From: the human T2T-CHM13v2.0 reference genome, Homo sapiens
Reading direction: 5' to 3' (one strand)
Length of the DNA stretch: 64,000 nt
Assembly (NCBI RefSeq): GCF_009914755.1
Contig: NC_060936.1
Positions 41,728 through 55,720 of the stretch are shown piece by piece (the first letter of the stretch is position 1; each line of letters starts with the position of its first letter). A program made the translations under genes and the position numbers. The notes beneath the pieces were generated by a model, which searched no databases, was not told where the DNA came from, and saw only the letters and a program-made list of their open reading frames with translations.

Positions 41728-43120
41728 ATTACTACTGTTGTAAAATATTTAACTTTAGATAAGACTATCAGAAGATAAGAAGATCCCCATTCTAACTTTT
41801 TCCACTTTATTCACAGAACTGAAATAAAATTAGTGTTGCAAACCAAAGCTTTATTTTAGGCATAGTTTCTTTACAGTCCACGTTACATAGATTAAACAAA
41901 ATGATCAGAAAGCTTTAAACATTTTTTTTCTTCCTTTGAGGTCAACACTAGGTTTGCCCAGTGGTCAGCTTTGCAAGCTATTTCACTCCTATTTTAATGG
42001 GCACATAAAGATCATTGCATTAAAATTAATTCCCATCAGGGTTTCCAAGTATTCTACCCCCAGTTGAGATTTTAGGAAAGCTGTGCCATTCAGAGGTTGA
42101 GAAGAAACCCAAAGAAATCATTATATCAGGTTGGAGTTAAGAGATTTCCACACAGGAAAAGTAATTGAAAAGTATATATTTTGCATAATGAAATAGATGA
42201 CAAACTGGGCAAGCTGGTCTATTAATGAGCCTCCTGTAAAGCCAAGAAGCCACTGAAGCCAGGAGTGAATGCATAAAGAGGAATCTCTGATCTCAACTTT
42301 TAACAATCAATTTTAATCAAACCATTTGAGGCACTGAGTTCTTAGGACCCTATGACGGTGAGGGCAATTTGAAAGAAGAATAAAAGAAGACTTTTTATAT
42401 GAATTGCAAAGTAACATAATCAACTTGGAGTTATGATCAGGGAAACTTAGTTTTACTTTGGATTCTACAGAATTCCACATTTATTAAGGCCAAGGCCACC
42501 TTGTCTGTTACATCTTCCCCAAAAATTAGTTTTCAGTGGTGAGGCTTCTGAATGGGGTTTCAGTTAAAAACTTAAAGAGGGCAGTTCTTTCTGGAAAGAT
42601 CCACCCAGTATTAACTGAAGTAAAAGCAAATAAATTATTAAGGAAATGCAATAGTCAACTGCATAGGTAGACATTTAGGAAATATTATTCTTGCACTAGG
42701 TCATCAATAATATTTATTTGAAGATGTTCTCCTGCCAAACAAATATTTAGGTAAATGGCTTCTTCAAATATTTAACGATTAAAAATCTGTATTTCCTCAT
42801 TTTTAAAGGGTTAACAAAATATATATATTGTCAGTAGATGTGTGATGTACTTTTATTCTGATTTATACCAGTTTGGCTGTACAATTATCCAAAATTCCTG
42901 GAGAATTTCCAGCTCTCCACTTCAGCTTGTATTGCTCATGTTGCCTTCTAGGAATGAACAGCTCACTAATGTAAAATGAAGTGCACCTTCAAAGAAAGAG
43001 TGTATCCAAACCTAACAGGCTGAAAATTAGTCATGTAGAGCTGTGGAATTATAGAACATGGTAGGTAGGGGTGTGGGTCTCTCTTCTCCTTTCTGTGAAA
43101 CTAAGAATTTATAGTCCAAC

Positions 43121-43290
43121 TGGTGGTTCTCAACCATGGCAATGACCATTAGAATCACCTGGGAGAGGTTTGAAATAAGAACTCCCCACCCCCAAAGATT
43201 TCTGCTTTAACTGGTCTGGGGTGGGGTCTGGTGCCTGTTTGTTTCAAACTCCCCCGATGATCCTAATGAGCAGCCAGTTGCAAACCACTC
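43121..43290. mobile_element. MER5A (hAT-Charlie)
   Basis: gtggttctcaacc...attagaatcacctggg...ggtctggggtgggg...gcagccagttgcaaaccact. Confidence 0.8.
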
Positions 43291-43959
43291 ATTTTAATCT
43301 AAATGATCTCATTTTTCATGAATGAGTACAGAGACTGTGAAGGCGAGGCACAGAGCCATGACTGACAAAAGACAACATTCCTTAAAAGGATTGAAGATTC
43401 CTGCAGCCATAAAATCTCTTGTCCCTGAACTTACATTGTAAATATTAATGAGTGCGTCTCATTTCCTTTCATGTGAAAATGAGAAATAAGGCCTTAATTT
43501 GACAACTCTATTTTCTAGGAACTTGCTTTTCAAAGGATTCAAAATCCCATTTGATAGAATGATAGAATCTGTGAAAGCAAAGATTTTTGATTTACTACAA
43601 CAGTGCCTGGCGTATAGTAGACACTCAATTAATATTTGTTGGATAAATAAATGAATGAATGCATTTATAGTTGACCCATTACATTATAGTTTTGAATGAG
43701 TAATCTGAAATTTAAGTAGTTTAGTGATGGATCAATAAAACTGCAAGAAAGTGTGATAAATCCTATAATTGACAAATTAAATACAATTGATGAATTAAAT
43801 CACCTGGTTTTCCTCTCTTTATGATATCAAAGAATTTGGCTTTTTGAAACACTGACTCTGTTTTGGGACATGAGTCTCCTTCTCTGTTTAATCTATCTTT
43901 GTTTTGCTATTTTCCTTTTCTTTCTGTCCTTCTCCTTTCTCTTTCCTTTTCTTCCTCTT

Positions 43960-44805
43960 TCTTTTTCTTCTATCCTTTTGTCTTCAATGTCTAAAGCCAA
44001 CCTTGGTGATTTCCCTTTTCCCAAACCTGCTCTTCCTTTTCAGTTTCCCTGGGTAATGGCCACATTCAGGCTGGAATCCCTGAATCACTCCACCCTTCAG
44101 CTTCTCCAGCCCACAGCCAACCAAATTGCTAAGAGTTCTTAATTTCTACCTGCTAATGCACACCATAATTCCCAGCTTCACTGGCTTGTCTCTTTTTCTA
44201 GGTATTCACACCTAACATTCCCTATTCTTCCAAGCTCTTTCCTCTCCAATTCAGCTCTATGCTAAAGAGTTTTCTTTTGAAAATGTAGATTTGTTTCTAT
44301 GACTCCTCTGCAAAACTTTTTGATTACATTTACTCCTTGGATTCTTGGCTCCTTAGCATGGGGCCCAGCACCCTTTCTTATTAACCTAATGACCTGCCTC
44401 ACTGACCCTGGCATCTATCCATTCAGGTTTTATTGTCACCATACCAAGTTGCTGGCTGTGACTGATGCCCTAGATCTTTGCTCATTGTAGAAATCCCTTT
44501 CTTTGACTTTTAAAGTTCTACTCACTATTGAAGTCCACATTTTGCCTCTTCTGGGAAACCTTTCCTGAACTTTCTTTTATCATTCATCCCTCTACAGTCT
44601 GTGACTCAATAGCATTTAGCTCTTTCTTCTATTATAAACCATGTTTATTCTGCCTTGTATAATGCATAGCAATTTATATGTCTGTCTCTATCACTAGATT
44701 GTACAGTCCTTGAAGGCAGGAACAAACCATGTCATTTATTATCAAATCTCTATTCCCTAGAACATTTTAGCTGCTTAAGAAATCTTTTGTGTAGTTGATG
44801 AATGG
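43960..44805 (+). mobile_element. L2 3' region
   Basis: ctgggaaacctttcctga...cactagattgtacagtccttgaaggcagga. Confidence 0.65.
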
Positions 44806-47800
44806 TTATAATTCTGGAAGCTTTAGTCATCCTAGTAAAATTATGTGGGAGAAGTTTTTTGATTAAAGTTCAAAAATGACCCTAGGTAGGCAGTTATCCC
44901 AAACAGCAAATGACTGACTTGAAGTGAGGAGTCATTATCAGGAAGATATGTACCTGCTGTAATACCCTGTATTTGATATTTTATGTCTTTGAAGTAGTGC
45001 ATAACAAAAATACTCTTCCAAACATTAATAGACAAAATGAAATTGTAGGCAAGAATCACCTTGCTGTTTGTTTATATGGAGAATTAACTCAATGGAGCAA
45101 CAAGAAAGACAGACACGAAGCCTTGTGTTGAGAGCATCTCCAATGTATTCCCTTTAAAAATAGAATTTAAATCTATACCTGTACCTCTAATTACTCCTTA
45201 TTGAATAATTCTTTAAAAACACTAGGAGGTATTATATTTTCTATTTTAGCTTTGGGAGACTGTAACATGACCAAAGTCATGTAGCTACAGTCTTACGTTG
45301 AATAAACACCAAAGTCTATGCCAAGTTACACCAAATCCCTCCCTGTATGTTTGTTGTCTTTGGATTTAATGTAGGACTTATCATTGTTAGAGGACATGTG
45401 CTTTAAAGGTGTTTTTCTCCTTTTAGTTATGGGCTCATAAAAAGAATTAAAATCATATATTGATTTAAGGTAAAATGTGGGAATAAACACTGTTGTGCTG
45501 ATTCACTCATATTCTTCTATTGACATTCTTATTTGGCCAATAGGCCATACTTTGATCCTCTGGGGTAAGGGCACCTTCTGAGTCATGGGAGCTGAAGAAG
45601 CTGATTGACCTGCGTAAATTTTAAACTCATGACTTTGTTTTTCTCAGCCCTTTGTCTAAATGGATCCAGACAATGGATCTTTTATATTTACCATATACAG
45701 CTTCTTCATAGAACAAAGAAAGAGATAGCGAGAGAGAGTGCACTCTAATATGCTTATTAAATCAGAACATTCCACTCTTGCACTTTTTCTTTTTGATTCA
45801 TGTCAAGCTCTCTATAGGATTAATTAGTTAAATATGGACACTTAGAGTCTTTTCTGAATTTTATTTTGTTATTATATAAGTAAATGTATTACCTGCCTTC
45901 ATGAATCAGTATTTTGAAACAGCTCCTGTTTGATTTGACATTTTCTGAGTCTAAGGCCATCAAATTACTATTAATTCTAGACAAAGGGCACCAATTTTTC
46001 ATTGTGCAGATCATAAATAATCCTCATGAATAGATTCTTTTTAAATCCTAAAAGGGGGCAAACATTTTCCCTGGCATTACACCACCTGAGTCAAATTTCA
46101 TGTCAACTAGATGCCACTTTTGGGCATCATCTTAGCCAGCATATAATTATCAGACATGTAAATATGGCTTCACAGAACATGTAGGAATGTGAGTAAAGAT
46201 GGAATAGAGGTAGGACCTTTGTTTGTCACAATATTCTAATTTAGTCTTTATTGAATTATCATTGTAATTAATCTTTATTTTATGTCCAGAGGGTTCTTAC
46301 ATAGAATTCAAGAGCCTAGGCTAGGAACAGAGAGAGAATAGAGACCTCAGAATCCAATCTCTTGTGAGTTCTCAAAAATAATTAAAAACATATATCTACG
46401 GATGGTAAGATGTGGAAATAATTATGCAACAGGAATTATTTCTTCAAGAGGGAGGAATGTGCCTTTTCTGCTAGTCAGGAAAAGTCCAACACAGGAGAAG
46501 ATGAGCAACTTTGGTTGGATTTGAAGGCAGAAGGGCAGAGCTAGATTAAGGACTGGGTTGCCCAACCAGCTGGTCAGAGCACCACTGTTTAAGAGACTGT
46601 TAAAAAAAATCAGTGCACTCAATCAGAAACACAGCACCCTTCAATTTGTATTTCCATACACAGTTCCTTATTGGAAAAAAAAAAAAAAAGATAGAATCAG
46701 TACTGTTTCTGCTATGTACTCAAGTGATACCTTTTTTTCTAGCCTTGACCTAAATTTGTGGAATATCTTTGGTGAGGTACATATGCAAGTTGCATGGACT
46801 TCACCACTAACTCTGAGACCACAAGCTGCACAGGAAAACATGAAATATACTTGATATATAGCACAGTGCTTTTCCAGAAGAATGACCTGTTTCTTATTTG
46901 TATTCCAAATGCTTGAATATGTCTTCCAAGTGTGTAAATACAGGACTATTTAAGTTTGCTAATAAAAGTATGCCTTGCCCAGTCCCATCAAATAAATGGA
47001 GAACAAATGTTTAAACAACACCATTTTGAGAAGGTAAAAGAGCATCTTGTGGGGAGTCAAAGGAGGTACCCATATATTAGCATGGAGTCCTGTCTGTGGA
47101 GAGGTAAACAGTTCCATCAATCAGTAGAAAGTGGTTGAATAAACAGTTTGTGCAGAGTTAATGGATCCCCTAATGCCACCAACTGAGGGAGCCTGTACTC
47201 CATAGATGGTCTATCCTGGACCATAGTGCTTTGCAAAGTGTTAACATGCTGCACTAAATCATATGGTCACCTCTGAGCTTGTTCAACAAGCACACTTAAA
47301 AAGGGTCACCAGATCTTTTCAGGGACCTGTAATTTGTTGGAGCCAGAAAGAGATGAATTTGAAAAGTACGGCTTCCCTGCTGTAGAGATCAAATCCATTG
47401 TCCGAGCTGTGTTTTGTTAACTTTGTACATAGGATCTTCTTTAGCAACTAGGGAGACACAGCTGCTCTTTATATCTAGAAGTGAAAGAAATGAGTCTGAA
47501 TGGAATATGTTGGCTCTGCTGAAAATGAAACATTTGCTTTACTGAAGGACTTGGGGCTCAACCCGGCATGTGAAACTTCTGCCAGAGCTCAAAGTGGAGG
47601 GAAAAAAAGGGAGAAAGCTATATAATTTGTTTGAAGTTGTCAAGCACACACACACACAAAAACTGGCCAACAGATGCGAGAAACAAGAAAAAAAAAGATA
47701 AAGATACTTTAATTTATCTTTCTGGATTATTAGTTGGCTCAAAACAAAAGACTATGAAAATGGGAATTGTTAATGCTTTCTGAATCACCCCTATTTTTAT

Positions 47801-50800
47801 AACTGGATAATCTAGTTGCTTCTATGTTAGCCATCAAGGAAAGATTAGAAAAATGCGGATGTTTGATCTGCATGTGCTTCTTTTTGTGTGTGCATAGGGA
47901 ATCTACTGTTCTAATAGATTTAGAATCTATATTTGATATTTCCAAATCCTTTGGGAAACACATAAACAAAAGGGCAGGAATCACAAAGCACCGCCTAAGG
48001 AAAAGATTCTCTTTGTGTTCCACGTAGTCCCTCTTAATTCTATCTGCCCACCAGCCTGCGAATTCTCTGAGCGCAGAGGCTTTGCTCCAAGAGCAACTGA
48101 AAATAAGAGAGACCAAAAAACAAAGGGGCAATTTCATAAAAAGTAATCAGCCAATCTAATTATTTTGGCTGATTAATTGATTTTATTTTTTTCTTCTTGG
48201 CTTCCCCTCTTTGCACTTTATTCTTATTTTGATGAAATGATTCACTCACTGCTGAACAAATATTAAATGCTGGCTACTATTACTATCGAAGTCTAGTTTG
48301 GGACATATTTTTGTATCTAATTGCTGATATATTAGGATCAAAGGTAAATCATGAAAAATACTCCGTAAAAATAAACATGACACTATGGAGCTGAGAAGTT
48401 ATTTCACAGACATTATTTTAAATCTTGTCCCCATATTTGGGATGATTTTAGTTAGGGCATCATAACAACATGAATAAACGGAAAAACTTCACAGAAAGCC
48501 TAGTTTTATTTCCTTCTTTGCTTATTGTTTAGCTGAAACCGATATTTAGAAATATTTTTTCTATTTTACAAAATCCTCGTATATTCTCCTTGAACCATTG
48601 CGTCTCTGTTACCATATTCCCTATCATCATCCCCCTCCTTTCTGATGTCTTGTCTCTCTTCACTTCCTCCCCTGCTACTGTCTTTTTTTTTTTTTTTTTT
48701 TTAGAATTTCTTTTATTTCAGGAGCAAATGTTTCTTTTTAAGATGGTTAGTTACTTAAAATGAAGTCAGAACTATGTAATAATACGCAGGAAACAAATGG
48801 AATTATTTTGGGGGTGTTTCCAGATTTTCCCCCAATTAAATACAAAGCCATCAGCACCAATCATTGCAAATATGCAATCTAATCACTTAGCATATTAGAA
48901 GAGCAAAAATAAGCTTCCCCATATTTCACAAATTGACTCACACTCTACATATTTTATCCTCAATAATGTATGCATTTTCCAGCTGGCTAAGGCTGCAATC
49001 TTTCTGCATTTTGGACATTTGTCACTCTATTCAGCCAGGCAGGAGAAGCCCCTGTGTAGCAAGCTCCTTGCACTGCAGGCATAGCATCTGTGAAGGAGTT
49101 GCTGACATCTGATGATTCAAATTGCAGAAATGATCCAGGACAAATTATGAACGTCTGGGTAGTGCCCAGAGATTTTGAGCTGAAATGACTTTGCCCTTGG
49201 AGCCTTGCAGATTTGGTGAACTCTTGGGGCCACAAGCTTTCTTGTGCACAGCCTCCATAGGACATTGCCCACAGGTCCTCTTCTCTGTGTCAGTTATCAT
49301 CTTGGGAGTGCCAACTGAGCTTTCCTTGGCCTGAAATGGAAAGGAAGTGGTTCAAGTTTTAGTTTACAAACCCCCAAGGCAATTGTAGCTTTCTTTGAAA
49401 TGTAAAACAGTTCTCTATCAAGCACTGCTTAAGGCGTCATCCCACTATCAAAGTCAAAGATGATTTGATAGAACCTTACAAATCCTCATAATCTATGGTA
49501 AGTAGTAGTAGCTAAGGCTTTGGCTCTGCCTTTGCACGTAGGGCAGAAGCAGGAGGATAATTTATCCCACTTTAGGGTAATGAAGTGTTAACAAAAACCA
49601 CATGAAGCTATTATTACAACCACAGACCACAGACTGCTAAGAGGGTAAACTCTCTGGAGACATACCTGTTTTCAAGGAATCTTTTGCATCTCAGCTTACC
49701 TGAAGGCATTTGCTAAACACAAGGTGATGTAGCTGAAATACCATGATTCATTAGACCTAATGAACAATGCTGAGCATATTGTCTCTCAAATATAACCCGC
49801 TGGCATTGATATATATGTACTTTAACTCATTCGTCCCAACTTTATTAGGTACATATGTCTACAGCAGACACAAATGAAACATTCTACAACTAGGCTCCAA
49901 GCCAAAAACTAATTTATTCTTTAATGTGCTAGTGATTACTTGGTGGTTCCTTGAGCAGAGATGACAGGTCTGAGCTAATGGAGTTGTACTGTAAGTTAAT
50001 ATAAATCATGACAGAGCAATTAATTACAGAAACCACTGCAAATCCCTTTGTTAGTTTTCCCCATCACCAGAAGGATTTAATAATATTCATTTTGCTAAAT
50101 TCCAGTGACATTTACAAGTCTTAAACCATTTTTAATCAAATCAATATCACTGGCTGCTAAATTTAGTTGTGCTTTGCTTGCAAGTCCTGGAATACATCGA
50201 TACTAATGTTTCCTACCTTCTGTTCAAATGAATCACATTGAATACCCACACTTCCTCTTCATTTGTTTACATTGAGTAATTGGGACCTGAAAAAAAGTTA
50301 AGACCTGGAGAACCCTGACTATCAGCAGGAATGAATTAGCAGGTAGAAGAAGAGATCCATAATTCAGTGATTACGCCTGCATCATTGTATCTAATGTCCT
50401 TCATCAGTTTCCCCTAATTGGCCTAAACAAAAATACTTCACGATCATGGAAATAGATTCACATTTCTATAGACTTTTTCAAGTGTGGTAGGTTAAAAAAG
50501 GAAAGATGAAATTTAGGCACTGGAGCAATATGCTTTCATAACAAAAGAGCAGTACAAAGGTTCAAAAGCACCTCAGCTTCATCTCTACATTCTTTATTCT
50601 TTAGACATCTATAGTTGACTTCTCTTTTTAAATTGAGTAAGTGAAAATTAGTTGGTTGGTATGGCTATAGAAATGCTAAATTATCTCTATAAGAATAATA
50701 AAATCTTCATCAGGAATTGATTGTATTATAGATTTTTAGAATAAAATAGCCTGCTGTTCCTGGATGGCCCGTGTTGCTAGATCAATATCAAGCTCTATTT

Positions 50801-52034
50801 TTTTGTATGTTTCCTTTTTTTCCCCAGAAAAGCTCTATCTCTGGAAAGAGTGGCAGCTCCCATAGCAATGTGCCTTGCACACGTTCAGTAGATTTTGTGA
50901 GTCTGTCCTGCCTTTTTTGCATAATTGCAGATTTTTATTGACTTTTTATTGACTTGCTTTCGACTTGATCTGTGGGTGTCCCTGACTCTGAGCCTTAAAA
51001 TGTTAGAGTAGCATTCTTTCCAGAAAGGTCACTGTTCACATGCTTTTATATTTGTCATGCTCCTTAGGAACTCAGCACTTCGTGCTTTCTGCTGTAATCA
51101 TTTCTGTTCATCTTTTTTTCCTTACCAGATTGTAAATACCATTAGGATAGGGATCTTGCTTTATCCATTTTTATTCTTTATATTATCGATACCTAGCAAA
51201 GATGTTTCTACATGATCTTGTTCAATAAATGTTCAGTAACTGAATGAACATATGCTACCCAGATGGGAATGTGAGGAGGGTGTAAAACTCAAATTAGTTA
51301 ATCAAATAGCTTGTAAAATAACGGGTTGGGTGCAGGGAAATATTGTTAACCTGGGAGAGATGTTTTAGGCCTAGAGTTTAGAGTGAAGAATTGACTTGAT
51401 GAAGGCTAGCAAAAAGACCAGAGCTCGGGGTAGCTCTGATGGCTTGGAGGCTAATGATATGATATCTTTGTACTTTTGTAGGAGTCCAGCTCCAGCCTCT
51501 ACTTCCATCCTTGGAAGCTATGATGTATCTCAGAGGCCTGAATAAGAGTCAGGTTTTGAACTCTGTGCCACTTTCCAGCTTTGTGATCTTAGACAAATCC
51601 AAGTATGGCTTTTGACCTTGGTGTAGGCACTTATGCTTTTTTCAGCCTCAGTTTCCTCCACGTTACAGTGTGAATAAGCAATGCCTATGTGATAGCAGTG
51701 TGAGGATTAAGCGATGGTGTGTATGAAATTGGCTGGTGTGGAGTAGTGTCTGAGCCCTACTCCCAGAGGGCCTGTGGATGGCAGCCATTGTAAGAAGGGA
51801 ATAATTTATACCTTTTCGAACTGGGGGACACATATGCTGGAAGAGATGGATGAGTAACAGCTTTCTCTTTGTGTTATTTACCATCCTGGGAGTCTGGTCA
51901 GTGTAAGACTTGCTCTGGCTATGGGTCCTGGTTTCCAACAAGGGGGCAAATTCCCTCTTTTTTTTTTTTTTTCTAGGAGAAAATTAATACAAAGTGTGTT
52001 GCTTTTCACATGTATCAAGATCACCAATTCTTAT

Positions 52035-52499
52035 TGTTACCCACAAAATGAGTGAGTTCAATTGCTTCAGAGGTGTCAGTCCAATAACCACAACCAAAAA
52101 GGATTTAATAAGGGGATTTGATTACTTGCAACAAGTAAGGAGTAAGGAGGACACGGGATGGTTCCCAAAGCAGCGCCTCCCTGAACAAGGTTGGAACCAG
52201 GGCTTTCGTTGGTCATTATACATAGAGGTGGAGTAAAGACACTTTAGACGCAGTTGCTGACTACGCTTCTACATACATTGCATGTATAGAAAACAATAAG
52301 CTCCTCCCAGGGCAGGGATTTTAGTATGGTAAGAAAGGAAGTTTGTCAAAGTTCATCTCCAACTCAGATATCTCCGAATCCAACCCATTTTTGTTTTTCA
52401 AGGGCTGAGCTTCTTCCTGGAAGGTTTGGAAACAAGGACTCAAAGTGCAGTTATAAGTGGATAATTTTTCACTGTGCATACCCCAAATCCTGGGTTACA
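52035..52499 (-). mobile_element. ERV1 solo LTR, MER67-like
   Basis: tgtta...ttacttgcaacaagtaagga...aaagcagcgcctccctgaac...ttataagtgg...ctgtgcatacccc...ggttaca; TG...CA ends; family name from memory. Confidence 0.6.
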
Positions 52500-52531
52500 T
52501 AATCATCATCCTATTCAGGAAAGCAGAATAG

Positions 52532-52896
<365 letters not shown>

Positions 52897-53099
52897 TGAG
52901 ACAGTTCTGATACAATGGCTGAGGAGTTTACGTGTTCCTGCAGTTTCCAAAGGGAGATGAATTATTTTTTAAAAGGACAATGTATCTATAGTGGGCCTAA
53001 GTGGCATTTACTATTCCTATGTATATGGAGCCAGAACCATCCTTGTAAATTTTTTTTTGAACAAATAGTTTCTACTAATATTACTACTACCATTATTTC

Positions 53100-53470
53100 T
53101 ATCACTATTATTACTATTACTATTAATTATTACTTCTATTGCAGCTGCTACTTAACATTTATGGAGTGTTTAGCTGTTCTAAATTTTTTTTGTATATTAA
53201 CCCACTTAGTCCTTATAAATATCCTCTGAGGCAGGGACTATAATTGGGGAAACTGAGGCACAGTTAGTAAGTGGCAGGGCTGTGATTCAGATACAAGCAG
53301 TTTGATTCCCAAGTCTCTGCTGTTAGTGAAAAAAGTCTAAGACTTTGAGTTTGGAGATCCAGATTCCAACCTGAATCCTTTACCTAAATAGCTATGTAAC
53401 CCTATAAATCTTCCCATTTCTCTGAGCCTTTTATATTTCAACTGAAAAGTGAGAGTAAGAACTATTAACT
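53100..53470. mobile_element. Two MIRs in opposite orientation
   Basis: ggggaaactgaggcacagttagtaagtggcag (-) then ttctctgagcct...ctgaaaagtgag (+). Confidence 0.6.
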
Positions 53471-53828
53471 TAAACACCTTTGGTCCCCACATGATGTGGT
53501 AAAGAAAAAAAAAGGAGTGAGAAGGTTACTCCAGTTGTTATTGCATCTCTCAGATAATGTTGGGTGGAATTTAAGTTATAACCCACAGCTGTATTTTGAA
53601 GGCACTCCTTCATTTTCTCGTCCACATCTCTCCCCTGCTGCTGGTGTTCCAGAGCAATGCATGCTCTCATCCCCACTCAAGTCTGCCTCCAGCTGGTCCC
53701 TGGGCTGTGGTATGTGGCACTCATCTTTTATTCCTCTCTGCTTCACCCTTTCCCGGACCACTCTCTGCCCCTAGTCACTCTCTACACATTCTCCCAATTA
53801 TTTTTCACAAAAAAAGCTAGGATATTTC

Positions 53829-54158
<330 letters not shown>

Positions 54159-54279
54159 TGAAGGGCACAGGAGTAAGCTTCCTGATCAGTCGGGCATTGG
54201 AGAGGGGCAGTCATGTAGAAGGTGAATGAAGGAATTAAGGAAGGAATAGCATTCAGTCTTAAAAGCAAGGGTCAGGCTT

Positions 54280-55720
54280 ATTTATTTTGTATAAGAGCTT
54301 TATTGAGATATAATTCACATATCACAAAAAATTCATCCTTTAAAGTGCACAATTCAGTGCTTTTTAAAAAAGTCTTCATTGAGCTGTGTAGATATTGCCA
54401 ATATCTAATTTTAGAACATCTCATTGATACATACAGGAGGCAGAAAGGCAGGATCCCTGGTGAGGGCTCCACCTTCAAGCCTGGACCCACGACCCTAAAT
54501 GAGAACAGGAATTCTTGTTTTTGTGTCCAAATGTTGCCTTTTTCAAGACCACTCTGGCCCACCCCACCACCTGTCCCGTGCCCATAAGAACCCCAAACCC
54601 CAGGTTCCATGAGCAGAAGAGCGACAGAGCAGCAGAGTGGCACAGCAGAAAAGGAGAGAAGAGAAGAAGCGTCTGAACATCGAAGAGGAAGCTGGATGGT
54701 TAGAGAGCAGCCAGGGATAGCCAAACTGCTGGGGAAGATTATCTTCCCACTCCATCCCCTTTCCAGCTCCCCATCCTGCTGAGCACCACCTCCATCACTC
54801 AATAAAACCTCCACGTTCACCATCTTTCAAGTCCGTGTGAACTGATTCTTCCTGGATGCCAGACAAGAACCTGGGTACCAAGAAGGCAGGGTGTATGTCT
54901 CCCTGATTCTTCACTGAGCTGGCCAACACTGAGCTGTCTGCAGATGGCAAATGCTAAAACAATATTGTTTGTAACCCATGCCCTCTGGGGTTTCAGAGGT
55001 TGCAGGCAACTGGTAGACTCTGCTGAGGGCTGGTATGGGGTTTATTCCTGCCGGTGCCTAAAGGTACTCACCCAGGCTCCTGCACCCGCTCATCTGCATG
55101 CTCCCCCTCCTGCAAGGGGCTTGAGCTCAGTGGCCAGACAAAATGAGCCACTCCCCATCGCAAGCCTCATGGAGGGGTCAGGGATCTCTCTCATCTCATC
55201 ATTACTTCAAAAGGAGATCCCATGCCCATGGGTAATCCCCACTGTGTCTCCCTTGCTCCAATCCCTGGAAACTAGTAAGCTACTTTTCGTTTCTGTGGAT
55301 TTGCCCATTTTTGACACTTCATACAAATAGAATCATATAATATGTGTCCTTTGTGTCAGGCTTCTTTCACTGAGCATAATGATGTTTTATATTTCATCCA
55401 GGTTGTAGCAGGTATCAGTACTTCATTCCATTTTAATGGCCAAATAATTTTCTACTGTGTAGATGAACTTCATTTCATCTATCCATTCATCGGTTGATGG
55501 GCATTTGGGTTGTTTTCGCTTTTGTGCTATTATGAATAATGCTGCTACGAACATTCATGGACATGTTTTTGTGTAGACCTAGGTTCTTTTTTAATTTTCT
55601 GGAGCATATACACCTGGGAATAGAATTCCTGGATCACATGGCAATTATATGTTAAACATTTTGAGGAAATGCTAAACTGCTTTTCAAAGTGGCTGCACCA
55701 TTTAACAATCCTACCTTATA
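54280..55720 (-). mobile_element. L1MB-type 3' end split by LTR1
   Basis: gctttattgagatataattcacat...ttttagaacat | ...tctgtggatttgcccatttttgacacttcata...ttcaaagtggctgcacca. Confidence 0.8.
54425..55198 (+). mobile_element. LTR1-family (HUERS-P2-associated) solo LTR
   Basis: tgatacatacaggaggcag...ccctaaatgagaacagg...ctcaataaaacctcc...ggggtcagggatctctctcatctca; 4-bp TSD tcat (54421-54424 / 55199-55202). Confidence 0.85.

Noticed and set aside
47739-48137. 132-aa ORF with a hydrophobic, signal-peptide-like start
   Set aside because: No recognisable homology; length compatible with chance; the region is better explained as non-coding
48683-48705. Poly-T followed by AG as a splice acceptor (similar at ~51958-51976)
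   Set aside because: No convincing paired donor nearby; poly-T tracts mimic acceptors
54278-54823. 181-aa ORF, the longest in the window
   Set aside because: Spans antisense LTR1 and L1 3' UTR, appears to start at a non-ATG codon, no domain
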